DNA of 47,980 bases, from NCBI GenBank assembly GCA_964475215.1, contig CAYYVT010000171.1, positions 1 through 47,980 on the forward strand, written 5' to 3'. Position numbers and translations under genes: made by a program. Numbering within the stretch: the first letter of the stretch is position 1; every line of letters begins with the position of its first letter. The notes under the pieces were generated by a model. It was not told the DNA's origin. It was given only the letters and a program-made list of their open reading frames with translations, and made no database searches. This document shows, piece after piece, positions 24,350 through 34,851 of this stretch. Source of the stretch: an uncultured Nitrososphaerales archaeon (GTDB taxonomy: Archaea; Thermoproteota; Nitrososphaeria; Conexivisphaerales; DTJL01).

Positions 24350-24437
24350 GCGGGGGTCGCCCAGCCTGGTCAAAGGCGTAGGCCTGAGGCGCCTATCCAG
24401 TAGTGGTTCGTGGGTTCGAATCCCACCCCCCGCACCA
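24350..24437 (+). tRNA. tRNA-Leu(GAG), CCA encoded
   Basis: GCGGGGG...TAGGC-CTGAGGC-GCCTA, long variable arm, GTGGG-TTCGAAT-CCCAC-CCCCCGC-A-CCA; TATA-like CTTTAAAG about 30 nt upstream. Confidence 0.96.
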
Positions 24438-24548
24438 CCATCGCAGTTACCTAGAGGAAACCGGCTTCGCTGCCCGCAAGCTAATCTTCTATGGGCAATT
24501 GCGGTTCAACGACAATGCTATTCAGCTACCAAGCCTCTGCCCCCGTCG

Positions 24549-25001
24549 TTGGCTGGCGGTGCCCAAGCCGAGAGGAACCTTCACAGGCTGAGGGTCCTCA
24601 TCGTGGTCGTAATCCTGATCGTTTCGATTCAGGCGTGGACTGGCGACTTCGTGAACGTATTTGTTGCCCCCTCTCAGGGGGTCGCGCCCTACTCCTTCAC
24701 CGTGGCGGGTTTCCTTCAAGGGGTTGAAAGCCTGGGGCCATTCCTGATCTGGCATGCGCTCGAAGGGCTCCTGATATTCGCACTGTCTCTGGCGCTGCTA
24801 TTACTCTCTTTCAGGTGGTCCACCAAGAGGAGCGTGCGGGTCTGCGCCGCCCTCGGCACGTTGTTCGTAGTGGTTGCAGGCTTGGGCGGGATACTGTTCG
24901 TGCTGTCGGGGTTCAGCGACGGGGGGTCGTCGATGCAGATGGGAGGGAGCTTCCTGGGGGTCTACGCCATGTACTTCATCGAGCTCTATTTTACGAAGTG
25001 A
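24549..25001 (+). CDS. Hypothetical membrane protein (about 4 TM)
   Basis: In-frame TTG at 24549 downstream of tRNA-Leu; four hydrophobic segments. Confidence 0.7.
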   Translation: MAGGAQAERNLHRLRVLIVVVILIVSIQAWTGDFVNVFVAPSQGVAPYSFTVAGFLQGVESLGPFLIWHALEGLLIFALSLALLLLSFRWSTKRSVRVCAALGTLFVVVAGLGGILFVLSGFSDGGSSMQMGGSFLGVYAMYFIELYFTK

Positions 25002-25016
25002 TGGGGCTGCCTATAC

Positions 25017-25655
25017 CTAGCGAGCCTGCTTTGCCTTGGCCGATCCTCGTCTGAGCCATATGACCACCAGCGCCCCAAGCCACAGGTCCGTTCGTAGGAA
25101 GGTCCCCCTGATGAAAATCCTGTCGAAGGCTGGGAGAGCCGAGACGAGGAAGATGCCTGCCGCGATGCTCCATGTAGTTGCTTCCGTTCGGAGCTCGTTG
25201 ATCATCGACTTGGGCACGAGCTTCTTTTCTTCGTCGGCCAGGGCCAACGTGAATATCCCCATCACCAGCATTATGATCCCGAGGTCAAAACCGTAGAGCG
25301 CGGAGGCCACATCCCTTATGGCGGGAGCTACGATGACGGCAGAGTTCCCCGACCTGAGGAGGTTGAAGAGGAAGGGCTCGATTGAGACGGAGAAGAGGAG
25401 GAGGACGTTCAGGATCATGGTCCGCCTATTCTCCAATGGCAGCACGGACATGACCCGGGTGTAATGAAGCCAGACCGATATTAGGATGACGAAGTTGAAG
25501 GCAAACGTGAAGATGTCGCTGTAGAGGTTAGAAATGCTAGTCGGTGGGCTTCCGATGAGCGCGATGGCGCCGATGGATAGGGCGAGCCCGAAGACAAGGT
25601 CAGAAAGAGACTCGATGCGGGGCCTTGGCCTCGCAGGCTCTTCGTCTTCATCCAA
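25017..25655 (-). CDS. TMEM175-family (DUF1211) potassium channel-like protein
   Basis: RIESLSDLVFGLALSI (cf. RxExFSDxVF), W-HY, LNVLLLF; six hydrophobic helices. Confidence 0.8.
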   Translation of the reverse strand: MDEDEEPARPRPRIESLSDLVFGLALSIGAIALIGSPPTSISNLYSDIFTFAFNFVILISVWLHYTRVMSVLPLENRRTMILNVLLLFSVSIEPFLFNLLRSGNSAVIVAPAIRDVASALYGFDLGIIMLVMGIFTLALADEEKKLVPKSMINELRTEATTWSIAAGIFLVSALPAFDRIFIRGTFLRTDLWLGALVVIWLRRGSAKAKQAR

Positions 25656-25715
25656 TTCTAACCCTTTCGTTTGGAAGGCCGGAGTTATAAAGAGGAGCCC
25701 TTGGGGGCGGCCCGT

Positions 25716-27266
25716 CTAGTTGATCGAAACGGCCACGGACTGCCAGCCACTGGCCCCACCGGGGAAGGGGGCTGCGGCCGACTGGGTCTGCAGGTTGCCT
25801 TCGCCGTCGGTGGCCCTAACCGATAGGGTGTAGCTGCCCCTGGCGGAGGGGCTCCAGTCGAAGGACCATAGGACCCATGAATTGACCGAAGGCGGGGCCA
25901 CGAGCGAAGCGGACGACCACGTGCTCCCATTGTCTGTGCTGACCTCCACCTTGGATATGCCTCGCTCGCCCGCGAAGGCTACGCCCAAGATGGTGATGGG
26001 GGCGCCAAAGGCCACGGAAGTGGGGCTGTAGATTCCGAACTTGTCGGAAAGGGCGTCGTCTCCCAGGTTGACTATGGTTGATTCGGTTTCATATTGGGCC
26101 TCGTTTATCCAGCCCTGTCGTTGCCAGAAGCCTTCGTAGGTCTGGTCGGCCAAGGAGATTTCGGTGATCCACTTGGGGTTCATCATGCCATAGTAGCCGG
26201 GGACGAGGGCGCGTAATGGGTAGCCATGGACCTGGGGCAGGGGCGCACCGTTCATCTGATATGCAAGTATGGTGCCGTCCTCCATGGCCTTGCTGAGCGG
26301 GATGCCCACGTCGTACCCGTCGGCGCACTTGAACACCACGTAGGTCGCGCTGGAGTTGACTCCCGCCGAGGAAAGCAAGTCCTTGAGCCTGACGCCCTTC
26401 CACTGGGCGTTGCTCATCAGGTCCCCGCCCACGACGTTGCTGACGCACTCCAAGGTGTTGTACTGTTCAGCCGAAGGGAGGGCCGTGATGTCGTCGTAGC
26501 TTAGGGTGAGGGGGGTGTCCACAAGGCCGCCCACTTTCAGCGACCAAGATGAGGACTGGATTGAGGGAGGGAATATGTTGATGTCGACTCGGTAGAAGTT
26601 GTCGTTTGAAGTCACCTCGTTGGCGAAGAAGTTGGAGGGGTCGCTCGATCGGGCGTTGGTCTGCTCCAGGAAACCCAAGCCGTAAAGGGCAAGCAGCGCC
26701 ACGGCCACAGCCCCGGCGCCGGCAGCGATAAGAAGACGCCTCCCGCTGTCAACCGGCTTGAGGTCCGAGGGGACGATCTCCCTCATGGTTGGAAGGTATC
26801 GGGTTTCAAGGGATACCAACGCAAACCCGAAGACCAGTTGAGGAAAGATCAGCTCGAAAGCGAGGGTGGGTAGCGAAATGGGCTGGGAGTTGATCTGAGT
26901 TATTGAAAGGAAGAGGCTCGAGAGCACGAGCGTGATCGCGTAGGAGATACCAGCGGCGACGAGCGCCTTCACTGAGGACCGGCTTCGGTCTGTCTCCACG
27001 ATGCGGAGGAAGAACAATGAAAGGAGGCCATAGAGCGCCAGGTTGACAGCGATCGCCACGGTGTAGGTCGTGTATTTCGCCAGTGAACCGAGGGTGTCGA
27101 CGGCATTCGATTCGATCTGGCCGGGCACCACGGAGAAGAAGGCCTGGGATGCAAGCTCAGGCAGAAAGGATCCCCCAGCGAAGAGCCTGAGTAGGTAGGC
27201 CGCCACGAGGGCCAAGGCTCCCGCTGCCACGCCAAGGCCGAAGACTCTGCGCGAAGCGCTAGCCAT
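25716..27266 (-). CDS. Sulfite oxidase-family molybdopterin oxidoreductase with N-terminal polytopic membrane domain
   Basis: TLECVSN (Mo-ligand Cys), NAQWKGVRL, MNGAPLPQVHGYPLRALVPGYYG, KWITEI, C-terminal Ig-like dimerisation domain; internal SGRRLL plus hydrophobic helix. Confidence 0.92.
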   Translation of the reverse strand: MASASRRVFGLGVAAGALALVAAYLLRLFAGGSFLPELASQAFFSVVPGQIESNAVDTLGSLAKYTTYTVAIAVNLALYGLLSLFFLRIVETDRSRSSVKALVAAGISYAITLVLSSLFLSITQINSQPISLPTLAFELIFPQLVFGFALVSLETRYLPTMREIVPSDLKPVDSGRRLLIAAGAGAVAVALLALYGLGFLEQTNARSSDPSNFFANEVTSNDNFYRVDINIFPPSIQSSSWSLKVGGLVDTPLTLSYDDITALPSAEQYNTLECVSNVVGGDLMSNAQWKGVRLKDLLSSAGVNSSATYVVFKCADGYDVGIPLSKAMEDGTILAYQMNGAPLPQVHGYPLRALVPGYYGMMNPKWITEISLADQTYEGFWQRQGWINEAQYETESTIVNLGDDALSDKFGIYSPTSVAFGAPITILGVAFAGERGISKVEVSTDNGSTWSSASLVAPPSVNSWVLWSFDWSPSARGSYTLSVRATDGEGNLQTQSAAAPFPGGASGWQSVAVSIN

Positions 27267-27485
27267 CAGCAGCCCCGCCTCAAACGCTGCGGGGCCTGCG
27301 AAGGCTTCGCACCATCATCTCCCAACCGGCGGCAGGGAGCCACCAGATTGGATGAGTCCGCATCCAGGCCCCTTGTTCCCCCTTGCTGGCTGACAAATGC
27401 TCTCATGGCTGCGTTCTTCGACGCCCAAACGGACGCCTTGCTATTAGCGTTGCCGGCTTTCCGCATAAACCATCGAACGGGGAGG

Positions 27486-29504
27486 TCATCTGAGAAGCGC
27501 GAGCTTCTTTCTGATCTCATCTGCGGTGCGCGAAGCCATCGCCATTATCGTGATCATCGGGTTGGCGCCAAGCGAAGTGGGGAAGACCGACGCGTCGCCG
27601 ACGAATAAGTTCTTCACGGCGTAAAGCTCCCCGGTGGGACTAGTCGGCCCGTCCTCCGGCTGGGAGCTCATCCTACATGTGCCCATAAGGTGGGCGCTGT
27701 ACAACATCACCCGATTGTACTGGACGCCTCGCCTGCGGACTTCGGCATCGAACTTATCGAGCTCAGCACGGCTGAACTTCCCTCGCTCCGCCGTGGCGAC
27801 GACGGGCTCGGAGTGCAACGTCCAGAGCTCCGAGGCACCGGACGCGGCCAGTATCCTGCCTGCCTCCGAAAGACCGCTGGCGAAGTTCTCCTTATCCTTT
27901 GCATCGAGGGAGTAGGTGACCTTGGGTGCTCCGTGCTTGTCCGTCTCAACCTTGCCGCTCCCCCACTCTCGAAGTAGGACGATGGTGGCGGTCGACCTGG
28001 CGAACCTTTCTCGCATGAACCTCTTATGGTCGAGGCCGTCCCTCCATGGTATGCTCAGGGCGAAGAGGCCGGGATGTGCCGGCGCCGCTTCGATCCAGAA
28101 GCCATGGCCTGTCCCGTCGAGGTCGAGAAACTTTCTCACCGCCACGGTCTGGGGAGGGCCCTTCCAAGCGTTCACCCCGTTTTCGAAGTAGCCGGATATG
28201 TCTGTGGTAGGGTGAAGGCGAAGATACCTCCCGATGCCCCTGTCCGTAATCCCCGAGTTCAGAAGCAGCGCGGGCGTCTTGATGGAGCCACAGGCTGCCA
28301 CGACGATCTTGGCGGTGACCGTCACCCTGCTGGACCCACGTTCGCTTCGAACGGCCTCGACCCCAACGGCTCTCCCGTCCTTGACCAATATCCGCTCCGC
28401 CTTCGTATCGAAGAGGAACCGAGTCCCGTTCCCGTAGGCTGTGGGGAGGTAGTTCATTATCGTTGACTGCTTGCAGCTGTAGGCACACCCATAGCTGCAA
28501 AAGGAGCACCTTTCTTCACAGCCCACGACGTTGCGAGAGATCACCTCGAAATCGGCTCCTTCTTTGTAGCCAAGGGCCGAGCAGCCCCTCCAGAGCGCAT
28601 CGTTGTTCGGGTTTCTCTGGCTCTGCTCCTGGTTGACTTTGAGCGTCGACCAGACCGTTCCGATCTTTGACTCGAAGGCGGGCGACGTGAGGCCCGCGAT
28701 GCCGTAGACCCGCTCCCATTCGTTGAGCACAAACGGCGGCGGCCTCATGCAGGTGCACCAGTTGACGACCGTTCCGCCCCCAGCGCCCCTGCCTGCCAGG
28801 AGCTGAAACGAAAGGTCGCTGGTCGCGGCGGTCCCATATTCGTCGAAGAGCTTGTTCATCATGTTGAACTCCCTCTGGTCAAAGGTGTCGGCTGTCTCGT
28901 AACCTCCCGCCTCCAGCACGATCACGTCGGCGCCGCTTGCACTGAGCTCTGCCGCGATCACGCTTCCGCCAGCGCCGGACCCGACCACGCAGACGTCGCA
29001 ATCGTAGCGGGAATCCCCCTCAGGCTTGAGGGGGACCACCGCCAGGCCGGAAGGGTGGCCAAGGGGGCTGTGAATTTCAGGGCCCGGGTAACCTAGATCA
29101 CGCCAAGTGGGGTTGCCCTCGGGGCCGACGGGAAGGGCGTAGTACAGGAAGCAGGTGAGCCGCTTTAGGGCCTGAAAGGCGGTGCGCTTTGTGCCAATTC
29201 CGCTATCTCGCCATCCCTTGAGGTATGCGGTGCGGGAGGGGAGATCGAGCGCAGAGAACTTCGACGGTCTCCCTGTGAGCACAAGGTTGTAGGGCCTGCT
29301 GTCGAGGATGGAGAGCAGCCTGTAGAACTGGTCACGCAGGGATGGCTCCAACTTTGACTCTATGATGCCCGCCAGGACGACGTCAACGCCCAGCGAGCTC
29401 GCTGAGAGGCCTTCCATGGCTCCCCCGACAGAGCCTCCGCCTGTGGGGACGATGGCGTCGCATACCAATGTGAGGGTCTTCCGCTGAGCCTTCGAAAGGG
29501 GCAA
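27486..29504 (-). CDS. GMC oxidoreductase, long-chain fatty alcohol oxidase-like
   Basis: VVGSGAGG, LEAGG, GGGTVVNW, C-ERC-FC-YGC, SAHLMGTCRM, DASVFPTSLGANPMITI; start placed at in-frame TTG 29504. Confidence 0.88.
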   Translation of the reverse strand: MPLSKAQRKTLTLVCDAIVPTGGGSVGGAMEGLSASSLGVDVVLAGIIESKLEPSLRDQFYRLLSILDSRPYNLVLTGRPSKFSALDLPSRTAYLKGWRDSGIGTKRTAFQALKRLTCFLYYALPVGPEGNPTWRDLGYPGPEIHSPLGHPSGLAVVPLKPEGDSRYDCDVCVVGSGAGGSVIAAELSASGADVIVLEAGGYETADTFDQREFNMMNKLFDEYGTAATSDLSFQLLAGRGAGGGTVVNWCTCMRPPPFVLNEWERVYGIAGLTSPAFESKIGTVWSTLKVNQEQSQRNPNNDALWRGCSALGYKEGADFEVISRNVVGCEERCSFCSYGCAYSCKQSTIMNYLPTAYGNGTRFLFDTKAERILVKDGRAVGVEAVRSERGSSRVTVTAKIVVAACGSIKTPALLLNSGITDRGIGRYLRLHPTTDISGYFENGVNAWKGPPQTVAVRKFLDLDGTGHGFWIEAAPAHPGLFALSIPWRDGLDHKRFMRERFARSTATIVLLREWGSGKVETDKHGAPKVTYSLDAKDKENFASGLSEAGRILAASGASELWTLHSEPVVATAERGKFSRAELDKFDAEVRRRGVQYNRVMLYSAHLMGTCRMSSQPEDGPTSPTGELYAVKNLFVGDASVFPTSLGANPMITIMAMASRTADEIRKKLALLR

Positions 29505-29632
29505 GTGTCCCAGATTATCGAGTCTTCGAAATCGACTTAAATCCTGTTCCGAACAACCGCTGCCTCCCCCGAGGAACCGATTGGCCAGCAAAGCATTTTG
29601 GCGGCCCCGATGACGCGTTTCCGGGAGGCAAG

Positions 29633-30004
29633 ATGTCGCCCTCACACATCAAGGTCAAGCGGGCGTACGACCCTAGCTCTGAATCCGATGGTGAAAGGCT
29701 CCTGGTCGACAGGTATTGGCCTCGAGGAATGACACGGGAACGCCTCGAGATTGCGCGCTGGGCGAGGGAGGTGGCGCCCAGCAGGTCTCTCTGCGAGTGG
29801 TTCGGCCATGATCCGGCTAGGTGGGAGCAGTTCAAGGAGAGGTATTTCGATGAGCTGGACCACAAGGCCGAAGCCTGGCGGCCCTTGCTTGATGATGCCT
29901 CCAACGGCAGAGTAACCCTAGTGTTCGGAGCCAAGGACGTCAACCACAACCAGGCTGTGGCCCTAAAGGAGTACCTGGACTCCAAGGCCTCTTCACGTCG
30001 CTAA
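29633..30004 (+). CDS. DUF488 / YeaO-family protein
   Basis: IKVKRAYD, RLLVDRYWPRG, APSRSL-EWFGH, HNQAVALKEYL. Confidence 0.9.
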   Translation: MSPSHIKVKRAYDPSSESDGERLLVDRYWPRGMTRERLEIARWAREVAPSRSLCEWFGHDPARWEQFKERYFDELDHKAEAWRPLLDDASNGRVTLVFGAKDVNHNQAVALKEYLDSKASSRR

Positions 30005-30048
30005 CCTTTATCTAGCCTCAACGTGAAGTAAGGACGAGGAAGGATAAG

Positions 30049-30444
30049 ATGGCTACAAATGATGAAATGCTGGAAGAACTGAAGAAGATCACGGCTCTAC
30101 TTACGCCGAAGCCGGCCCCCCCGCCTCCGCCCGAGCCGAAGGGGATGTACAATGAATTTATGGCATTCATCAAGCATGGGAACCTGCTGGCCGTTGCGAT
30201 CGCGTTCGTCATGGGCACTCTGATCGCCAGTATCGTGGGCGCCCTTGTCAACGACCTGATAATGCCCATCGCCGGGGCTTTCCTCCCGAAGGGAGGCTGG
30301 CAGATCTACACTCTCAACGTCGCCATAGGGAACGGCATGGCCTTCACGCTCGGCCACTTCCTCAGTGTCCTCATAAACTTCGTCATAGTCGCTTTCGTCA
30401 TCTTCCTGATAGCGCGCTGGGCAATCAAAGCGGGAATCAAGTAA
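30049..30444 (+). CDS. mscL: Large-conductance mechanosensitive channel
   Basis: EFMAFIKHGNLLAVAIAFVMG, LVNDLIMP, GHFLSVLINFVIVAFVIF. Confidence 0.9.
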   Translation: MATNDEMLEELKKITALLTPKPAPPPPPEPKGMYNEFMAFIKHGNLLAVAIAFVMGTLIASIVGALVNDLIMPIAGAFLPKGGWQIYTLNVAIGNGMAFTLGHFLSVLINFVIVAFVIFLIARWAIKAGIK

Positions 30445-30504
30445 CGCGTCATTTCTTTTACTTGAGTGCGGCCCCAGCGGCAGCTGTGAATTCGTGGGAG
30501 GGGC

Positions 30505-30837
30505 TCAAGGACGTTTGATGTTGGTCACTAGGAGCTTGAACTGCAAGGTCTTTCCCGCCATGGGATGTCGTCCCGACATGCCGTAGGCCTTCTCCGGTGG
30601 TAGGGTGACCTCCTTGGTTTCATTGACCTTCATGCCGACCAGGGCGTCTTCGAAGCCGGAGATGACCTGGTGTGCCCCCAGCGTCACCTGAAGCGGCGTG
30701 TAGTCCCTGGCAGGGTTGAAGATGCCGGCCTGTATGGCTTCGGCCTTCATGCTGGTGTCGAAGACCTTGCCTCCGGGGAACTTGCCAACATAGTGGACGG
30801 ATATGACGTCGCCGTTCTGTGCCGCTAGGACGCTCAT
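30505..30837 (-). CDS. FKBP-type peptidyl-prolyl cis-trans isomerase (short archaeal type)
   Basis: GDVISVHYVG, VFDTS, VISGFEDALVGM, LPPEKAYG, HPMAGKTLQF. Confidence 0.9.
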   Translation of the reverse strand: MSVLAAQNGDVISVHYVGKFPGGKVFDTSMKAEAIQAGIFNPARDYTPLQVTLGAHQVISGFEDALVGMKVNETKEVTLPPEKAYGMSGRHPMAGKTLQFKLLVTNIKRP

Positions 30838-31020
30838 AGCGACTCCCACGTTGAGGCGTGGCTTATTTATGTCTTCACGTGACGTCGACGCGACGACGCA
30901 GGCGGAACAACGGTTAAATAACCGCCTCGTCAGCCTCAGGTCAACGCATAAGACGTTGCAGAGTCTTCAGGTCATGCTGACGCTCGAACGACGCTTTTGC
31001 AGTGTGTGTGAAAGAAGGAA

Positions 31021-32256
31021 TTGAGAGGATTCGAAAGCTTGGGTTTGGACCCGAGGCTACTTAGGGCCCTTCACGACCTCGGGTATGCGGAGCCCTTCCC
31101 CATCCAGGAGAGAGCCATCCAGCCCATCCTCGACGGGACCGACGTGATAGGGCAGGCGAAGACCGGCTCGGGGAAGACGGCCGCATTCGGGCTGCCGCTT
31201 CTTCAGCTGGTGGATCCCCGAGCCGGCAACGTGCAGGTCCTGATACTTGCCCCCACAAGGGAGCTGGCCGTTCAGATAACGGAGGAGCTCAGGAAGCTGG
31301 GCAAGTACATGGGAGTGAGGATCGTCACCGTCTACGGCGGGCAGTCCATCAACGTCCAGCTGGAGGAGCTGGCCGACGGGGCGGAAATCGTCGTGGGGAC
31401 GCCCGGCAGGGTCATAGACTTCATCGACCACAACGAGCTAAACCTCGGTGGAGTCAGGTATGTCGTCTTGGACGAAGCCGACAGGATGCTGGACATGGGG
31501 TTCATAGACGACATCGAATACATTCTAGAGGCTGTCCCGGGCCGACGGCAGATGAGCCTCTTCTCCGCGACCATGCCCGACGAAATCATCAGGCTTTCGT
31601 CAAGATATATGAGCCAGCCGGAGAAGATCCTCGTCAGCGCGGACGAACCATCGGTGGACGAGCTCGACCAGTACTACACTCTTGTGGAGGACGGAGAGAA
31701 GCTCGCCAGGCTGGTGGCCCTCCTAAAGAAGGAGAACCCCTCAAGCGCCATGGTCTTCTGCAGGACGAAGGCGGGTGCGCACAGGCTCGCGAGGGAGCTC
31801 GAGAAGCGATACTTTAACGCCACGCCGCTGCACGGCGACCTGACCCAGTACCAGAGAGACAAGTCCATGAACGCGTTCAGGACCGGCAGGGCGGACATAC
31901 TGGTAGCCACCGACGTCGCCGCAAGGGGCATCGACGTCCCTGGGGTTCAGCTGGTCGTCAACTACGACTTCCCAGACGACCCCCTGATATACTTCCACAG
32001 GGTGGGGCGAACGGCCAGGGCGGGGGCGAACGGCAAGTCCGTGGCGCTCGTCGAACCCGACGACTTCACCACGTTCAGGCTGGTCCAGGACCTGACGAAG
32101 GTTCCGATAAAACCGCTCAGCCCTTTGGACGAGAACCCGTCCTTCATCGGACGCCCAAGGAAGCGAGGGTATGGTGAAGGTAGAGGGAGGCATGACGAGC
32201 GAAGGCGAGGCTATCGTCATGGGCGCGGCGGCGGACCTGCTAGCTATCGCAGATGA
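31021..32256 (+). CDS. DEAD-box RNA helicase (DeaD/CshA-like)
   Basis: AKTGSGKT, PTRELA, TPGR, DEADRM, SAT, ARGID, HRVGRTAR; Arg/Gly-rich tail. Confidence 0.95.
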   Translation: MRGFESLGLDPRLLRALHDLGYAEPFPIQERAIQPILDGTDVIGQAKTGSGKTAAFGLPLLQLVDPRAGNVQVLILAPTRELAVQITEELRKLGKYMGVRIVTVYGGQSINVQLEELADGAEIVVGTPGRVIDFIDHNELNLGGVRYVVLDEADRMLDMGFIDDIEYILEAVPGRRQMSLFSATMPDEIIRLSSRYMSQPEKILVSADEPSVDELDQYYTLVEDGEKLARLVALLKKENPSSAMVFCRTKAGAHRLARELEKRYFNATPLHGDLTQYQRDKSMNAFRTGRADILVATDVAARGIDVPGVQLVVNYDFPDDPLIYFHRVGRTARAGANGKSVALVEPDDFTTFRLVQDLTKVPIKPLSPLDENPSFIGRPRKRGYGEGRGRHDERRRGYRHGRGGGPASYRR

Positions 32257-32426
32257 ACATGGTAGTAGCCCCCTCGAAGAGCTTGATCGGTCAATCCCGT
32301 CCAGAGCCCGAGCTATCTGGAAGATTGGTGGCGGAAGAAAAAACCTCTCCGCCCGTCGTGGCGATACACGTCCGTCTAGACCCGAGGAGAGGAGTTTCCT
32401 CCCTCCCGCATCTACGTTAACGTGAT

Positions 32427-32768
32427 CTACTGATCTTGCCCAGCTGGCTCAGCATCTGTCGATGCGGGAGCCTCCGCCGGTTGCGAAGGTGCGTTTTCTG
32501 TGGGGGAGACAATCTCCGCCGTCGCGTATCTGTTGGAGACGTTTGTGATCTTTATCTTCAGCTTCTGGCCGGTCTTTGCGCCACTGACAAAGATGATGAA
32601 TCCTTGTATCTTGGCGATGCCGTCGCCGCGCCTTGAGATCTCTGTAATCTCTACGTCGTATTCCTCGCCAGCCTTCACTGGCTTTGGTGCGAAGTTTCTT
32701 GGGCCACCGAAGCCTCCGCCGAAGCTCCTTCTGGCTCCGTATCCTCCACTACGTTGTCCGTAACTCAT
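32427..32768 (-). CDS. Stand-alone TRAM-domain RNA-binding protein
   Basis: KPVKAGEEYDVEITEISRRGDGIAKIQGFIIFV; Gly/Arg-rich N-terminus. Confidence 0.92.
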   Translation of the reverse strand: MSYGQRSGGYGARRSFGGGFGGPRNFAPKPVKAGEEYDVEITEISRRGDGIAKIQGFIIFVSGAKTGQKLKIKITNVSNRYATAEIVSPTENAPSQPAEAPASTDAEPAGQDQ

Positions 32769-32836
32769 GCCTTATGCACTCGTGAGCTAGGCGCTTTTGT
32801 TACGACTATATTAACCTATTGATGGCGTAACGTCTG

Positions 32837-33865
32837 TTACGAGTAGCCTTTGGCCATCTCTCGTATCATAAGGCGGACATCGTCACCCAGAGGGTACAGG
32901 ATGGGGCATGTGGACCCGCTCTTGATGTACTGCTTGACCTTGCGCCGGCAGTCCTCCGGTGTCCCTGATGCCGTCAGCATGTCCACCATCTTATCATCGA
33001 CGAGCCTCTTGGCCTTCTCCAGGCCGCCGGGTTTGGCTGGCCAGCCACCGAGTGCTTCGCTTATCTCTTTTACCAGGCTCTCCTTGATCCCGTTGGCCTT
33101 GGCGATGTGAGGCTGCTGGCCCACGTACATCGTCACGAGGTTCCTGGCGCTGTCTAAGGCCTTGTCGGCGTCCTCCTCCATGGAGCAGACCACTAGCTGG
33201 GGCCTGTCGATTTCGGAGAGCCTGCGGCGAGCCTTGCTAGCGCCAATCTTGAGGTGAGCCAATGCCTCGTCATTGTACTTCGGTGAGACCAGGTAGTTGA
33301 GGACGACGCCGTCCGCGATCATCCCGGCGAGCTCCATCATCTGCATCCCGGTGGCGCCAATGTAGACGGGGATCTTCCGGGCGCCCTTGTCCCCATAGAC
33401 TATGTCAAGCTCTATGTCCTGGACCTTGACGAAATCGCCCTGAAACGTGACCTTCTTCATCGTAAAGAGCTCCTTGAGAACAGTGACGTACTCCTTCATG
33501 GCCACTAGGGGTCTGTCCCTGTGGATGCCGACCTTGGACGCGAGCGGATCCCACCAAGCGCCAATCCCCAAAATCACCCTGCCCGGGGCGAGGTCGTAGA
33601 GCGTCGAATATGTGGAGGCCATGATGCCGACGTTGCGCGTCCAGTTGTTGACCACTCCACTGGCGACCTTTATCCTGTCGGTCACCGCGGCCACAGCTGC
33701 CATGGGGACGATGGCGTCCCTCACGAGCCTGGACTCGGCGAACCAGACGGCTTCAAAGCCATGCTTCTCTGCGTACCGCCCGAAGGACATCTCCTCACGA
33801 ATGGAGTGCTTGTCCTGCATGTATAGGGCCAGCCTGTCTGTCAAGGCGATTCTCCGCACTGCCAT
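32837..33865 (-). CDS. LLM-class flavin/F420-dependent oxidoreductase (Mer-like)
   Basis: [47 protein letters not shown]. Confidence 0.88.
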   Translation of the reverse strand: MAVRRIALTDRLALYMQDKHSIREEMSFGRYAEKHGFEAVWFAESRLVRDAIVPMAAVAAVTDRIKVASGVVNNWTRNVGIMASTYSTLYDLAPGRVILGIGAWWDPLASKVGIHRDRPLVAMKEYVTVLKELFTMKKVTFQGDFVKVQDIELDIVYGDKGARKIPVYIGATGMQMMELAGMIADGVVLNYLVSPKYNDEALAHLKIGASKARRRLSEIDRPQLVVCSMEEDADKALDSARNLVTMYVGQQPHIAKANGIKESLVKEISEALGGWPAKPGGLEKAKRLVDDKMVDMLTASGTPEDCRRKVKQYIKSGSTCPILYPLGDDVRLMIREMAKGYS

Positions 33866-33976
33866 GGCCGAAGCGGTATAATAGGTTCGGCACTACATTG
33901 CACATTTTGCACGATTGTGCGGAAATCTTTTAAGAGTCCACAGGGCCGAATAGCTGACGACTTTCGGTGCTACATC

Positions 33977-34774
33977 ATGCCCAGCGTGCTTGAGATAGAC
34001 AAGGTCGGCGTCCAAGTCGCCGACAAGAGGGTCGTGCACGAAGTGACCATAACGATAAGGCAGGGGGAGATTCACGCTCTGATGGGCCCCAACGGCTCCG
34101 GGAAGAGCTCCCTTTCGTACGCGATGATGGGGCATCCGAAATACAAGATAGTCTCAGGGGACATACGCCTGGACGGAGTCTCCATCCTTGCGATGACCCC
34201 GACGGAGAGGGCGAGGCATGGGCTGTTCCTGGCCCTTCAGTACCCCGTGGAGGTGTCCGGGGTGACCCTCTTCAACTTCCTACGAAGCTCATACAGCGCT
34301 CTGAAGCAGGGAGGGAAGGAGGACGTGAAGGCCCTCGCTCCGATCATCCCCTTCAGGAAGCTCCTTCAGCAGAAGCTGGACCTCCTGAAGCTGGACAGCT
34401 CCTTTACGGCAAGGTACCTTAACGAAGGCCTATCCGGGGGGGAGAAGAAGCGGTCCGAGATACTCCAGATGGCGGTGATGGAGCCCAAGGTCGCCGTCCT
34501 GGATGAGATCGATTCGGGCCTAGACATCGACGCCGTAAAGATCGTGGCAGAGACCCTCAACAGGCTCATGGGACCCCAGCTCGGCCTCCTCCTCATCACT
34601 CACTATATCCGCATCCTGCAGTTCGTTAAGCCCGAATTCGTCCACGTTATGGCGGACGGACGTCTCGTCGCCGAGGGGGGACCTGAACTTGCCAGGAAGC
34701 TGGAGGAGAGGGGCTATGGTTGGCTCACGGAGAAGCCCGAAGCCGGCGTCGAGCCCTCACCGGGCCAGGCCTGA
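33977..34774 (+). CDS. sufC: Fe-S cluster assembly ATPase SufC
   Basis: [44 protein letters not shown]. Confidence 0.95.
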   Translation: MPSVLEIDKVGVQVADKRVVHEVTITIRQGEIHALMGPNGSGKSSLSYAMMGHPKYKIVSGDIRLDGVSILAMTPTERARHGLFLALQYPVEVSGVTLFNFLRSSYSALKQGGKEDVKALAPIIPFRKLLQQKLDLLKLDSSFTARYLNEGLSGGEKKRSEILQMAVMEPKVAVLDEIDSGLDIDAVKIVAETLNRLMGPQLGLLLITHYIRILQFVKPEFVHVMADGRLVAEGGPELARKLEERGYGWLTEKPEAGVEPSPGQA

Positions 34775-34851
34775 CCTCGCTTCGACCGCGGGAAAAGGGA
34801 ACAGGAGCAACCTATATCTATGATGAATCGTCTCAAGGGCTGGTGTTCGAC

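Noticed and set aside
24059-24548. ORF 24059-24403 and the first 73 codons of ORF 24330-25001
   Set aside because: They run through the tRNA-Thr and tRNA-Leu genes
27266-27520. 84-aa ORF between the GMC and sulfite-oxidase genes
   Set aside because: Overlaps the GMC 3' end, has no motif and more likely spans a promoter region
34720-34851. N-terminal extension of sufB in the ORF track
   Set aside because: Overlaps the sufC end and an AT-rich spacer; SufB similarity starts near 34852
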